From Eledone cirrhosa (taxonomy: Eukaryota), in NCBI GenBank assembly GCA_964016885.1, contig OZ024741.1, positions 190,464,001 to 190,528,000 of the forward strand: a stretch of DNA of 64,000 nucleotides, written 5' to 3'. Below are positions 14,400-28,125 of this stretch, one piece after another; position 1 is the stretch's first letter, and the number at the start of each line of letters is the position of its first letter. A program made the translations under genes and the position numbers. Below the pieces are notes generated by a model. The model worked only from the letters and a program-made list of their open reading frames with translations. It did not search any database and was not told the origin of the DNA.

Positions 14400-17340
14400 A
14401 ACAACTGTCAAGGTACAAATCTCAGGACTGCCACTCTGAACGGGAAATGAGGTGAAATTGTGGAACTGTTAGAGAGAAGAGAAGTAGGTGTAGGCTGTAA
14501 ACAAGAACTGAGACGGAGGGGTGTGCCTCTGCGAGACTAATCACAGGCAAACAACAGAGATATAACCTCTACTGGGTAGGAAATGACAGTGGAGTAGGAA
14601 GTGTAGGTATCTTACTGGCTGAGAAATGGATAGATAAGGTGATAGGGTAAGTGACAGAATTATCAAGCTTAGATTAACTGTAGGAAATATACTGGTGACA
14701 ATTATATCTACCTATGCTCCACAGGCAAGACAAAGTAAACATCAAAAGGATAGGTTCTATGAGGAACTTTTACAGACAACTTCAGTTACTAATGAATGAG
14801 ACCTCATCATCCTGGCAGGTGGCTTCAATGGTCATGTGAGGCAGTACCAGGATGGATTCACTCACTGGAGTTCAGTGGCTATGGTTATGGCTTAAGAAAT
14901 GGAGACGGAGTGAGGATCCTGAAATTCTGTGACATGAATGAACTAAGCATTTGCAACACAAATTTCAAGAAACCAGCCAGTCACCTGATCTCATATCAGA
15001 CAAATACACAAGCTAAATTACTCGTAGGATGAGCTAAACAGAGTATGATAAACACTAAGGCCTTCCTTGGGGAAGAATGTACTGCCCAACACAAGTTAGT
15101 TATTAGCGATATCAAAAGAAACACAAGACAGAACAAGATATGAAGACCAAGGGTTTGGAAGCTAAAGGACTTTTCAATTAAATATAGGTTTAGAAAGGCC
15201 TTACAGAATGCAGTAGATGAGAGGGGTGACAAGTTAGATGCATATAACATAGAGGACAACTGGAAATTCCTATATGACAACCTTTTGCAAACTACTGAAG
15301 CGACCTGTGCTTGGAGTAAAATGCCAGCAACACAGAGGGTGACCTGGTGGTGGAACAGTACACTGGATAGAGCCATTAAGGCCAAGAGACGGGTATGGTG
15401 AGACTGGAAAAATGGAGATAGCAGAAACCAGTACCAGGTGGCTAAGAGAGAAGCTGGACAACAAGTATACACAGCTCGGAGAGAGGCTGAAGTGTTCTAC
15501 ATTGCAAGGCAGTGTATCAGTGTAAATCAGGGTGTTGTTGGGGAAAAATGTGTAGAAATGATGCTGGTGCACTTAGCAACACCGAAACCCAAAAGAAAGA
15601 GGTACGAAAATGTTACTATGAGAGATTAATGAATGGGAGAAAAAGAGACTACCCCAAAAGAAGGACAAGCTATTGAAATTGACAGTTTTAGGGTCAAAGA
15701 AGCAACCAAAAGAGTTGAAGAATGGTTAAGCTGCCATCAGAGATAGTTGCTGAGATGCAAAAAACATTGGGAGAAGTAGGAGTCAAACTAGTAACCAGCA
15801 TAGTAAATCAGGTGATACAGGACAGTATCACACCCAATGACTGGCACAGCAGTACAATCATAAATTGCTATAAGGGCAAAGAAATAAGCAACTATAGAGG
15901 AATAAAACTAATGGACCAAGTTATGAAAGCAAGAGAAAGAGTTATAGTGTAAGAGTCAAATTAGATAAGATGCAGTTTGGTTTCAAGCCTGCGAAAAGTG
16001 CTACAGATACCCTCTTTCTAGTGAGGCAACTACAAAAGAAGTTTCTAGCCAAAAATAAGCTGCTATATTTAGTACATAGCTTGCACTGCCCTCACAAGCC
16101 ATTTTTCTACACCTAATTTCCTTAAGGACTACAAGATAATAGATTAAGGTACTGCTAAAGACCTTTTCTAAATCAACAAAGGTAGTCCTTAAGGAAATTA
16201 GGTGTAGAAGAATGTGAGGGCAGTGCAAACTATGTACAGAGGAACTGTCAGTAAAGTGAGAGTAGGAAGTCAGTTTGATTAGTAATTCAAGGTACAGGTA
16301 AGAGTTCTTTGAGGTTCGGTTCTTAGCCCACTGCTGTTCATTATAGTTCTACAGGCCATAACAGAGGAGTTTAAAACTGGCTGTCCATGGGAACTTCTCT
16401 ATGCAGATGATTGGTCCTTATAGCCAAATCCATAAAAGAACTAGAAAATGAGTTCTGACTATGGAAACAGAATTAGGAAATGAAAAGTCTGAGAGTAGAC
16501 TTGACCAAAACTAAAGTGCTTGTGAGTAGGAAAGAAGAAAAGACCTTTATCCCTTCAGGGAAGCGGCCCTGCTCCATATGTAGAAAAAGAGTAAGCATAA
16601 ACTCCATATGGTGTACACAATGTAAATCTTGGGATAACAGGTAGACAAACAGGAAAGGAAGACTTTGTATGTAGAAGATGTACAGGAGTAATCGAGGGGA
16701 AGAGCATCAGTGATATAAATCTCTTCAAGTCACAGGCAGGCTCTATAGAATTATTCATAACTCATGCTATCTGAGTGACTTAATTAGCAGTAGAGGAATG
16801 TGCTCTGAGAACATAATAGCTAGAATAAGGATAGGATGGAAGAAATTTAGAGAACAGTTGACATCAAAAGCTTTCTCCCTATGTACAAAAGGACAGCTGT
16901 ATGATGCCTGCGTGTGAAGTGCAATGCTGCATGATAGTGCACTGCAGAAGACATGCATAGACTCGAGAGAAATGAAAGACCCATGCTTTGTTGGATGTGC
17001 AATGTAAATCTGAGAGAAAGGCAGATTTGGGATGAAATGAGGAAGAAGCTAGGATTAAGAGGAATCCGAGATGGAGTGCAGGAGAGAAGACTACATTGGT
17101 ATGAACATGTAATGCACATGGATGATGATTGATGAATGAAGAAGTGCCAGGAAATCCCAGCGGAAGGAAGCCACAGTAGAGGTAGACCAAGAAAGAGGTG
17201 GTGAGAGTTGACTTCAAATCGCCGAGACTCACAGAAGAGATGCTGAAGAAACGCAGTGAGTGGAAAGATGTTGTGCTGAGAAGGACCTGTCCAACCTTTG
17301 CAAGCGTGGAAAAACAGATGTCAAAACGATGATGATGATA
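14400..17340 (+). mobile_element. Near-full-length, heavily decayed RTE LINE
   Basis: Endonuclease remnants (ICNTNFKKP), RT remnants (NYRGIKLMDQ, GCPWELLYADD), (GAT)n tail. Confidence 0.9.
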
Positions 17341-17629
17341 TATAAATATACAAACATGTCTATTTGATCGTTTTTTAAGTCTCTTATAGGGTTACTTCCT
17401 TGATAATGGGTTTTTAAACCCAAAAATATTTGGGATCATTAAATTTCCTAAGGTAAGATTCTTTTGTTATCTTGGCAATTTAATAATCTTCAAAACGCAT
17501 TGTTTTGGTCTTCAAAATTTAAATTTCTGTCTCCTATTAAACAATGCTTCAAGCAAGCTACAAAACTCTGCTATATTGATATTAATGATGATGATGCTAC
17601 GCCAGTCTTTTGGTATGGCCCCATTCTGT

Positions 17630-19415
17630 ATTATAGTTAACCAAGTAATACAGAATAGGGTCATACCAAATGACTGGCATAGCAGCATCATTATTAATTG
17701 CTACAAGGGTAAAAGGGATGCTCTAGATAGGGGAAACTATAGAGGCATTAAGTTAGTTGACCAGGTCATGAAGGTCACAGAAAGAGTTATAGCGCAACTA
17801 ATCAGAGAGCGAATTGATCTAGATGAAATGCAGTTTGGGTTTGTGTCAGGTAAAAGTACCACAGACACTCTTTTCCTTGTACGACAACTACAGGAGAAGT
17901 ACCTAGCTAAAAGTAAACCCCTCTACTTAGCTTTTGTAGACCTGGAGAAGGCCTTTGACATAGTCCCCCCACTCCATTATCTGGTGGGCTCTTAGAAAAC
18001 TAGGTGTTGATGAATGGCTTGTGAGAGCTATACAAGCTATGTATAAAGAAACAGTCAGTAAGGTTAGAATTAACAATGAATATTGTGAAGAATTTAGTGT
18101 AAAAGTTGGTGTTCATCAAGGCTCTGTCCTTAGCCCCTCCTATTTATTATTGCCCTTCAGGCTATAACAAAGGAGTTTAAGCCCGGCTGCCCATGGGAAC
18201 TCCTATACGCAGATGATCTAACTCTCATAGCTGAATCTATGGCTGAACTAGAGAAGAAATTCCAAACATGGAAGCATGGCCTAGAATCAAGAGGCCTTAA
18301 AGTTAACTTGTCTAAGACTAAGTTCTAGTTTGTAGAAAGGAAAATAGGGCACAGGTACTCTCAGGGAAATGGCCATGCTCAGTCTGTAGGAAAAGAGTAG
18401 GCAGAAATTCCATTTTATGTCCCAAATGCAAACTATGGGTACATAAAAGATGTAGTGGGACAACAGGTAAACTATCTAAGAACGTAGATTTTGTATGTGG
18501 CCGATGCTCAGGTGCTATAAGTAGCAAGTGGCCACAGAATACTAGCTCCTTCTATTGCCCAGATGGTTCTATAGAAATAGTAGACACTTTCCGTTACTTG
18601 GGTGACAAAATCAGCAGTGGTGGAGGGTGCTCTGAAAGTACAATAGCCAGAGTCAGAACGGGATGGAAAAAGTTCAGAGAACTTATACCGCTGTTGGCCA
18701 CAAAAGGTTTCTCTCTGAAAATGAAAGGCAGATTGTATGATGCCTGTATACCAACAGCAATGCTACATGGCATTGAGACATGGGCATTGCGTGCAGAGGA
18801 CCTGCGCAGACTGGAAAGGAACGAAGCATGCATGCTCAGTTGGATGTGTAATAATAATATACGTGAACGGCAAAGCAGAAATGAGCTAAGTGAGAAATTA
18901 GGAATAAGAGGGATCAGATGCTGTTTACTTGAGAGAAGACTACGTTGGTATGGTCACGTGATGCGCATGAAAGACGACAGCTGAAATAAAAAAGTGCAGG
19001 GCGATCAAAATTGATGGTAGTTACGGAGTAGGTAGACCCAGAAAAACCTGGGATGATCTGATAAATTCCGACCTCACACACTTACATCTCTCTAAGACAA
19101 TGTCTCTAGACCGAGATCTTTGGCGCTACGCAGTATTACAGAAGACTCAAGATCGTGTAGGTATCACGACAAAAAAAATAAATACACACAGTCCACGCTG
19201 TAATGTGGCCGTGTAGGTAACACGGTAAAAACCTCCCAGTTTCACACTGTAAATGTGGTTGGTGTTAGGAAGGGCATCCAGTCGTAGAAAACCTGCCAGA
19301 TAGTCCTATATGAGTGAGACACAGTCACCCGACCAACCTTGCCTCAAGTGGGACAACACCCGTCTAACCCATGCTAGCGTGGAAGACAGACGTTAAACGA
19401 AGATCATGATGATGA
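17630..19415 (+). mobile_element. 5'-truncated RTE LINE
   Basis: NYRGIKLVDQ...LAFVDLEKAF...PWELLYADD...RRLRWYGHV; 3' UTR and (GAT)n tail. Confidence 0.92.
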
Positions 19416-19973
19416 TAAATAAATTATAATTGTCATTTAACATCTGCTTTCTCTGCTAGCAAGGATTAGATAGGTCTTCTCAGCCAGAGCCAGTACTCAA
19501 GTGGGGCTACAGACACTTGCCCAAGGTGCCATGCAGTAAGATTAAACCTGAAATAAGGTGGTTGCAAAGCAAGAATTTTGACTACTTGAACCTATTTCAA
19601 ATGTGTGATGGTGGTAGTGATAGTGTTTGTGCATGCATGTGTGTTTATAAAGAAATAGCAGTCCTATCTAAGCAAAAACATACAAGAAAATACATGAGCA
19701 ATGTGACTGTAAATCCTGATAGAGTCATCATGATATACATGTCTTTGGTATTTTAAACACAGTCGATTTCTTCAAGAGAAAGAGTGATAGAGAGGAAGTA
19801 AGAAAGAGATATAGAGAAAGAACCCCCCCTAGTACGGGATTTGTACTATTTTTTAGCAACCTCAAAGGAGTGAAAGGCAAAGTTGACCTCAGTGGGATGA
19901 GAGCACAGAGAGCTGTTTTAATGACTCTGCCAACTTGCCACCAATATAAAAAGATATAGAATAAAACAGTAAC

Positions 19974-20071
19974 CTTAAGTTCATCTACTTGGTTGGCTAC
20001 ATGAATCATCAACCTTTCAGACATATATTTCATTCCATAGGGACCAATAAGTTCTGCCAGAGCTTTCAACT
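19974..20071 (-). CDS. NCKAP1: NCKAP1/Hem exon: (E)[32 protein letters not shown]
   Basis: 98 nt; acceptor tttgcag, donor gttact; GPYGMK motif. Confidence 0.95.
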
Positions 20072-20522
20072 CTGCAAATAGAAGAACAGCAAATATTTAA
20101 TAAGGAATTCAAATAATATACATAGAATGGAGAGGAGAGTATAGTTTGGTATAGGACAGATTGTGCATGACTGCTACAATTTTATAAACTCTGAAAGAAC
20201 GAAAGACAGTGTTTAACTCCAGTGGAGAGATTTGGAATCAGGGTAAACATACAAGCACATATATTAGTATGTACAAATACATGCATGTTTATGTTCATAT
20301 AGATGTAAGTATGTATACATACATGTAATATGTACACATACGTACATGTAAGTATGTATAAATACAAACATGAGTACACGTGTATGTAGGTATACATACA
20401 AAACAAACAAGTGTGTGTATACATACATGCAAACAAGTTTATTTATGTATACACACATTTGTATAAAAAACCAGTAAATGGATCCCACATCAATTTTGAT
20501 AAGTATTCCAACTGCCTAGTCA

Positions 20523-20946
20523 TTAACCCTTTTCATACCAAATCACCTGAAACCACCTGATTTTATGATAGAAAACCTTAAAAGTGTTCATACTTACATC
20601 AAAAACTCCCAACATAATTTTATATAAAACCCTTTAGCATTTACATTACTCTATATATATATACTATTGTATTTTTGTGGTAACAGCTTTATCTCACATA
20701 ATATCGAATCTATGAGATTTTGATATATTTATTTTGAGAACAATACAGTAACGTTGGTATAAATGGCCAGTTTGAATAGCAAGAGGTGAGAGAATTCTGG
20801 CTGGATACAGTTGGTTTAAATGCTAAAGTCATGCTCCAAATATTAGGTTACTCATGAAAAACTTAATTATTTCCAAATTTTGGATTATTTAAAAAATTAA
20901 CTGCAATACAGGCAGTGTATTTCCTCTTTCATAACAAAAGGGTTAA
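20523..20946. mobile_element. Non-autonomous piggyBac-like element; related pieces near 11670, 46428-46650 and 62890-63093
   Basis: TTAA CCCTTTT ... AAAAGGG TTAA termini. Confidence 0.6.
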
Positions 20947-21039
20947 ATTATAATGAAAGTGACTGAATATTCCACAAACATATGTAACCTGAATGCAATT
21001 TTTAGGTAGAACGAGACCACCCGTGACCCATTGGATCAC

Positions 21040-22087
21040 GTTCACTTAGAAGTAATTTTTAAATAATTAAAATATACAGACATGTATATAATGTAAAATG
21101 AAATTGGAAGGCCCATATATATATACACATATATATATGTGTGTGTGTATATATATGCGGGTGTCTGTGACCTATATATACCGGTCATAGACACACACAT
21201 CCATATATAGAGACACATCCATATACACAGACACACACACATTTAGAAATTGTTTCTATTTATCAGGATACAGTAATGCTGTATTCGTTTCTTTGAAGTC
21301 ACAGATTATAATTTCATTCAACAACACTACGAGCTCTCTCTCTCTCTATGTCTCTCTTTCAATCTACTCTCTCACAACCACTATCTCTTCTCTCTCTCTC
21401 TGTTTATGAAGGTACCTGGAAAACCCCATATCTCAGGAACCCGTGCTCCGATTTACTTGAAACTTGTTTTATTCCATTTGTATTCCCATTTCTGGGTCAA
21501 CTTCCTTTCAAAATATTTTTTTAAAATCATGTTCACTTAAAAATAATTTAAAAAGATTAAAAAATACACAGCCATGTATATAATGTGAAATGAAACTGAA
21601 AGGGCCATATATATACGTATGTGTATGTATATGTATGTGTGTGTATATATATATATGTGGGTGTCTGTGATCTATATACATTGGTCATAGACACAAACAC
21701 ACATTTATATACACACACATCATCATCATCATCATCGTTTAACATCCATATTCCACGCTTGCATATGTATATACACAACACCACCAGCTCTCTTTCATTC
21801 TCCTTCTTTGTCTCCTCACCCTCTCTCTATGTCTCTCTTTCAATCTACCCTGTAACAACCACTATCTCTTCCTCTCTATCTTTCTCTCTCTTTGTTTATG
21901 AAGGTACCCGGAAAAACCCCATATCTCGGGAATCCATGGTCCGATTTACGTGAAACTTGTTTTATTTCATTTGTATTCCCATTTCAGGGTCAACTTCCTT
22001 TCAAAGTATTTTCCCATTATGCGCCCTTTTGGCTGTATTACATTACAGACAAGCAAGCAATCACAGACTTTTAGTATTATATAGATA
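21040..22087 (-). mobile_element. Helitron-like non-autonomous element with an internal ~490-bp tandem duplication
   Basis: Minus strand starts TCTATATAATACTAAAAG; ~21040-21530 duplicated at ~21530-22015. Confidence 0.5.
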
Positions 22088-22256
22088 GCTAGAGAGCATT
22101 ACACAGTGTGTGTCAATGTTGGCCTTTTAAATTACAGGTAAATGCTATCAGACAGGGTCTCATGTTTGTGTATGCACACACAAACACACATAATTGTTTT
22201 CTGTTACTTCCTCTTCTCACTCGATTTTTCTATTTCCTCTTTTATTTCTCATTCTA

Positions 22257-22292
22257 TCTTCTGATGAAGGACTTGTGTCCGAAACATAAAGA
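22257..22292 (+). ncRNA. Minimal hammerhead motif (family B, copy 1)
   Basis: UCUU CUGAUGA A GGAC-uugu-GUCC GAAA CA UA AAGA. Confidence 0.6.
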
Positions 22293-22775
22293 CTCTTTTC
22301 CTACAATATCAAGCATTAAACTAATATATTTCTTCATTGTACTGTGTTGTTTTCATATCCTTTTTGCATTTATATATATATAAGCAAATCATCGGAAAAA
22401 CTGATTAAAATTATACACGCCATGTATAATTTTAATCGGTTTTTCTGATGATTTAATTAGGCATACATTGTATTTAAAATTGAGTGACACAACTAGCAAT
22501 TTTTAGACAACCTAATCAATGAAACAATTGTTAATACTGTAAATAAAACCCTTTTTGTACTGTTGACCATGTTATTCTTCAATCTTTCACTATTATCACT
22601 CCAAGAATAACCTCTATGGGAATTCTCACGAACTTGCTACCTAACTATGGAAACCTCTTGTTGAGTCAAACAACGCTGTATGTTAAAACTATCCACAATA
22701 CGGAGTATTCACAACCTCTAACTGGATTACCTATAACGATAATTTGTTATGCTATATATATATATATATATACAT

Positions 22776-23383
22776 ACGTTGGTATGGTCACGTGATGCGC
22801 ATGAAGGACGATAGCTGTATAACAAAGTGCAGGGCAATAAAGATAGACGGTAGCCACGGAATAGGCAGACCCAGAAAAACCTGGGACGAGCTGATAAATT
22901 CCGACCTCACACACTTACACCTCTCCAAGACAATGTCACTGGACCGAGACCTTTGGCGGTATTCAGTAATAGAGAAGACCCGCCTTACCTAAATACAAAG
23001 TAAAACCTACTACAGTCAGTAGGCATCTCTAACAAAATACACCCCGTCCCACCACCCCATCCACACCGCCCCTTTCAATGTAAAGTTATGTTGGTGCCAC
23101 AACATCCAGGCCGAAACAAATGAGATCGTGTAGGTGTCACGTCAAAAAAACACACAGTTCACGCTGTAATGTGGCCGTGTAGGCAACACGGTAAAAACCT
23201 CCCAGCCCCACACTGTAAATGTGGTTGGTGTTAGGAAGCGCATCCAGCTGTAGAAAACCCGCCAGATAGTCCTATGCGAGCAAGATAATCACTCTTGCCT
23301 CAAGTGGGAAACCCCCGTCCAAACCCATGCAAGCGTGGAACACGGACGTTAAACGTTGATGATGATGATGATGATGATGATGA
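22776..23383 (+). mobile_element. 3' end of a young RTE subfamily, next to (TA)n
   Basis: RWYGHVMRMKDDSCITKC...; very similar to copies at 50317-51925 and 56686-57772. Confidence 0.92.
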
Positions 23384-24048
23384 TACACACACATATATAT
23401 ATACATATACACACACATATATAAACATATACACACACATATATATATACTAGTGAACCAGTGTCATAAATAATGACAGTAATAGCATTGAATGTACTTC
23501 ATTTTTGAAGTCCAGATATGGCATATATACCAGGATTATCAGATGTATGCACAATCATACAAACTGAGAAATTTGTATTTTGATAAATCTATGGTTTGCA
23601 TAAGAGTTTATGTTGATTACAGACACATACAAGAGATTAAAGATAAAAACGATATTTTAATAATTTACTTCTTGGATATAATTACATAAATGTTTGGTAT
23701 GTATCTACAATTGACATACAGGACTAAATGTATGAGTAACTTTAGAGAAATAACTATTTACAGGGACTCATGTAGGGTCATGATTGGAAAGCGAACCTAT
23801 TGTAGCAATATGACTGAAATAGGAAAGGCATTGTGTGTATGTATGTATGTATGTAAATTTTAAAGAGTTACAGACAGATACATATATATAAATATACAAA
23901 CATCACGTGGCATACGTTTAGGCAATGTCACCCACACACTTCATAGGAGTAGGAGGTGTGAAGTTAATGTTACACACACTCACACATGACATGTTGCTAT
24001 GAAGTGGAAGTAGAAGAAAAGTAGGTAGGAGGTTATATGGTGGCTTAC

Positions 24049-24185
24049 CTGTTAGATCGGCATATTCTTCAGCTATGAAAGGAACTTGTCCTTCGGTGGT
24101 CAGACTCACAAAAGCCTTCTGATTAGGAGAGTAGACGATTTGGCCAATATTACAGGTCACTTTCCACATGAGCACTTCAAGATAC
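24049..24185 (-). CDS. NCKAP1: NCKAP1/Hem exon: (W)YLEVLMWKVTCNIGQIVYSPNQKAFVSLTTEGQVPFIAEEYADLT(E)
   Basis: 137 nt; acceptor tttccag, donor gtaagc. Confidence 0.95.
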
Positions 24186-24699
24186 CTGGAAAATAGAAGA
24201 GAAAGAAAGAGGGGAACTATAATAAGTACAGGATTCTTTCAATTAAAGTTTATCTTGGTAGCAACACTAGAGAGATTGACTTACCCGTTATGGAAGTGCC
24301 TTGGCACAACTGAGGAGTCCTCTCAACACTATTAGGGATGGGTTTAACAGCAAGGTGTTCTTCCTATTGCAAACTATTTTACAGAGTGTATCAGGTGCAT
24401 TTTCTTGGCACCATCACTAGAGAGGTTGTTGGTCCTGGTACAAACTGAAGAGCTTTCTCTGCTCTGTGGGGGTTAGGAGGAGGGCCAGAAAAGGGAGATA
24501 GGTATGAAATTTTGGGTGTATGGCAAGTGTGGTGTGATCTTACGGGCTGATGAGTAGGGAGAAGGGGTGACTAATAGTATAGAGGGAGATGGGATGCAGT
24601 GCTGGTGAGAATAAGTGTAGATAGTAGTGTGAGGTGTGAAATGTGGATGGTGTAGTGACAGAGAAAATAGCTCAGGATATATATATATATATATATAAT

Positions 24700-26560
24700 T
24701 AGAACAAACTCAGCTGCTGGACCTGATGGATTCTTTGGCTAGCGGTAAACTACCCAGAGAGCTAAAAGAAGGCACTATATGCCCTATCCATAAAGGAGGA
24801 AGCAGAGAAGAGGCCAAAAACTACAGGCCAGTCCCCCTGATGTCACATATCAGTAAGGTCATGGAACAAATCATCAAAAAGAAACTGATCACGTTCCTCA
24901 AGGAAAATGACTGCCTAACTAGCATGCAGAATGGCTTTCGCCCAGGAAGAAGCTGCCTTACACAGTTGTTACAACACTATGAATGGGTACTGAAACAACT
25001 GCTGGACAGCTCACATGTAGACGTGATATATCTCGACTCTATGAAGGCCTTTGACAAGGTCGACCACGGAATGGTATGTCACAAACTACACAGACTCAGC
25101 ATAACTGGAAAAATAGGTGAGTAGTTGCATGATTTCTTAAAAGAAAGAAGTCAGGCAGTTGCAGCCAATGGGGTCCTCTCAAAGGAAACATCAATAACAA
25201 GTGGGGTGCCCCAGGGCACAGTCTTGAGACCGCTACTGTTTTTGGTGGCTCTCTCAGACATGCCCTCTGTAATACATACAACAACCCTCACTAGCTATGC
25301 TGATGACACAAAGGTAGCACAGGCAATCAAAAACCTGGCTGATGCTGCCCTTTTACAGCAAGATCTGGATGCCATATACAAATGGGCTGAGGACATCAAC
25401 ATGCACTTTAATGCTGGAAAATTTCAAGCCTTACAATACCAACCTGCAAACACAAATACAATACAACACAGCAACATTGGACCGGGAGGGATTGAAATAC
25501 CTGTGTCGAAATCGATACGAGACCTGTGGATAGACATGAGTGATGACGCATCTTTTTCTTCACACATCATTAGGGTGGCAACAATGTGCAGGTGACTTGC
25601 TGGCTGGTTCTTGAGGACATTCATCATCATCATCATTTCATTTTACGTCCGCTTTTCCCTGCTTGCAAGGGTGGGACGGGAACAGATTCTGGCTTGATTT
25701 CTACAGCTGGATGCCCTTCCTAACACCAACCTCATTTACAGTGAGTGCTGGGTGCTTTTTTGCCGTGGCACCTCCACGACCACTTTGCAGTGGAATGATA
25801 TGGACCCCAGTCCTATCATCTCATTTCTACAGCTGAGGAAACTGGAGCAATGTGAAATAAAGTGTCTTGCTCAAGGAAACAACACATCACCCGGTCTGAG
25901 AATTGAACTCACAACCTTTCGATTGCAAGGCCAATGCTCTAACCACTAAGCCATGTGCCTCTGGATAAGAAACTGAGAGACCATGTTGATACTATGGAGG
26001 ACATTTGTCCTAAGCCACCTGGACTACTGCTCCCAGCTGTGGTTACCCCATAGTATCAAACTAACCACAGAGCTTGAGGCAATCCAATGAAGCTACACCA
26101 AGAGGATTGCCACAATGAAGAAGATGAGCTACTGGGAGAGGCTAAAAGAACTGAAACTCTACTCCTTGGAATGAGGAAAGGAGAGATACACAGTGATATA
26201 CATATGGAAAATCCTGTAGGGACTAGCACCAAACTTTGGCATTGGGAGCTGGACCAACCCCGAACAGGACGGCACTGGGGTTCAAAAGCCCTCAACCCTT
26301 CAACAAGCTACCGACGGATTTGAAAGATCTGCATGGTGTGGACGTGGATGTTTTCAAGAAACATCTTGTCACCCTGCTATCAAGGATCCTGGATGAAGCC
26401 ACAGCACGGTACAAAGGTAACCTAAAGGCAGCAACAATGAACTCCATCTTACACCAATGGCCAGCCAACACAGGCTGGATATAGAATGTGTAACAACAAG
26501 GGTGGTGCCCCAGCATGGCCTCAGCTGGATAGCTGGAACAGGTAAAAGAGTAAAAGAGTA
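24700..26560 (+). mobile_element. CR1/Jockey-group LINE 3' part, split by a CORE-SINE; ends in gtaaaaga repeats
   Basis: KNYRPV, GVPQGTVL, YADDTK, HLDYCSQLW; same family as 1300-2440. Confidence 0.88.
25622..25961 (-). mobile_element. tRNA-derived CORE-type SINE with RTE-like 3' tail
   Basis: Head GGCTTAGTGGTTAGAGCA...GAGTTCAATT (pol III A/B boxes); ccttgagcaagacacttta core; tail ggacgtaaaatga(gat)n. Confidence 0.85.
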
Positions 26561-27439
26561 ATATCACCATCATCATCATTTTTACATCAACTTTTGTATG
26601 TTGGCATGGGTTGGATGGGACTTCATAAGGTAATGTTTTGCAGCCAGATACTCTTCCTGATACAAACCCTTTTAAAATATGGTGGACATATTCTAAACAC
26701 ACACACACATATATATATATTAATATATATATATGTATATACATATATATATGTATATACATATATATATATGTATATATATATATACATATATATGTAT
26801 ATGTTTACAAATATATATATATATATATGTATATACATATATATATACATATATATATATATGCATATACATATATATATGTATATACATATATATATGT
26901 ATATACATACCCTCCCACTGCAAGGTGGTCGTGGAGGTGCCACAGCAAAAAAGCACCGAGCCCACACTGTAAAGTGGACGTGTAGGCGCCACGGAAAAAG
27001 CACCAGCATTCACTGAAAATGAGGTTGGTTTTAGGAAGGGCATCCAGCTGTAGAAATCAAGCCAAAATCAGTTCCTGTATGAGCAAGGCATGGTCAGCCG
27101 ACCAGACACTGCCCACAACAGGACAACCCATCTAACCCATGCTAGCATGGAAGAACGGACGTAAAACGGTGATGATGATGATGATGATGATGATGATATA
27201 TATATGGTGGCTGCTAACTCGTTTTCGAGTACGGCCACTACTTTATATCTATGTAGGAGAACCCCTACCGATGCGCTGAACGAGTGTGACTTTTTAGTCC
27301 AGCCAGCGACTTGAAAACTCCGGTACAAACACTACACTTGTGACAAATCTTGACACATAGTGCTGGGCCCATGGTACCATGTGACGACAAGTGCAGAGAG
27401 ATCTCCAGATATAAAGCAATGACTGTGCCGTGAAGCTTT

Positions 27440-27810
27440 TATAGTGAGCAAAGGTACTGCACAAAGCCAGTCCCACTCTCTTAACCAAGATGATATTTAC
27501 CAAAAAGAAGAACAAGTCAACATCATTGGATACCATCAGGGTTGCAGGTGTTATATCAGAGTTTTCCTTCTCCTAGAATTCTGCCTTGACAAAGGCTAAG
27601 GGGTTATATCTCCTGGTGATTTTGGATGGCCATCGACTCTTAAGAGCTCCTTTGCCCTTTGACAGGTTTTGTTTTTAGTCCTGCAGGATGTCCAAAGTCA
27701 CCCTCCTCACCAAGAAACCTTGGTGGGGTTGCCAGTTTAGTCGCCAACGACCCGACCATGGGACAGGTTGTACTGGGATACATGTTACCAGTAGCACCAA
27801 CTGGTGAGCT
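27440..27810 (-). mobile_element. Probable RTE-type 5' UTR fragment
   Basis: ggcgactaaactggcaacccc...ctaggagaaggaaaactctga resembles RTE 5' UTRs (recalled, not searched). Confidence 0.45.
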
Positions 27811-27872
27811 GACACAAACATATATATACACACATACATACATACATATATATATACACACACATACATACA

Positions 27873-27908
<36 letters not shown>

Positions 27909-28083
27909 CACACACACACATACATACATATATATATACACACACACACATACATACATATATATATACACACACACACATACATACATATATATATACA
28001 CACATACATATATATTTACACATACATACATATATATATACACACATACATACATATATATATACACATATATATACACACAT

Positions 28084-28125
<42 letters not shown>

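Noticed and set aside
25885-25961. tRNA gene
   Set aside because: tRNA-like head of a SINE; no full cloverleaf, and it continues into core and tail.
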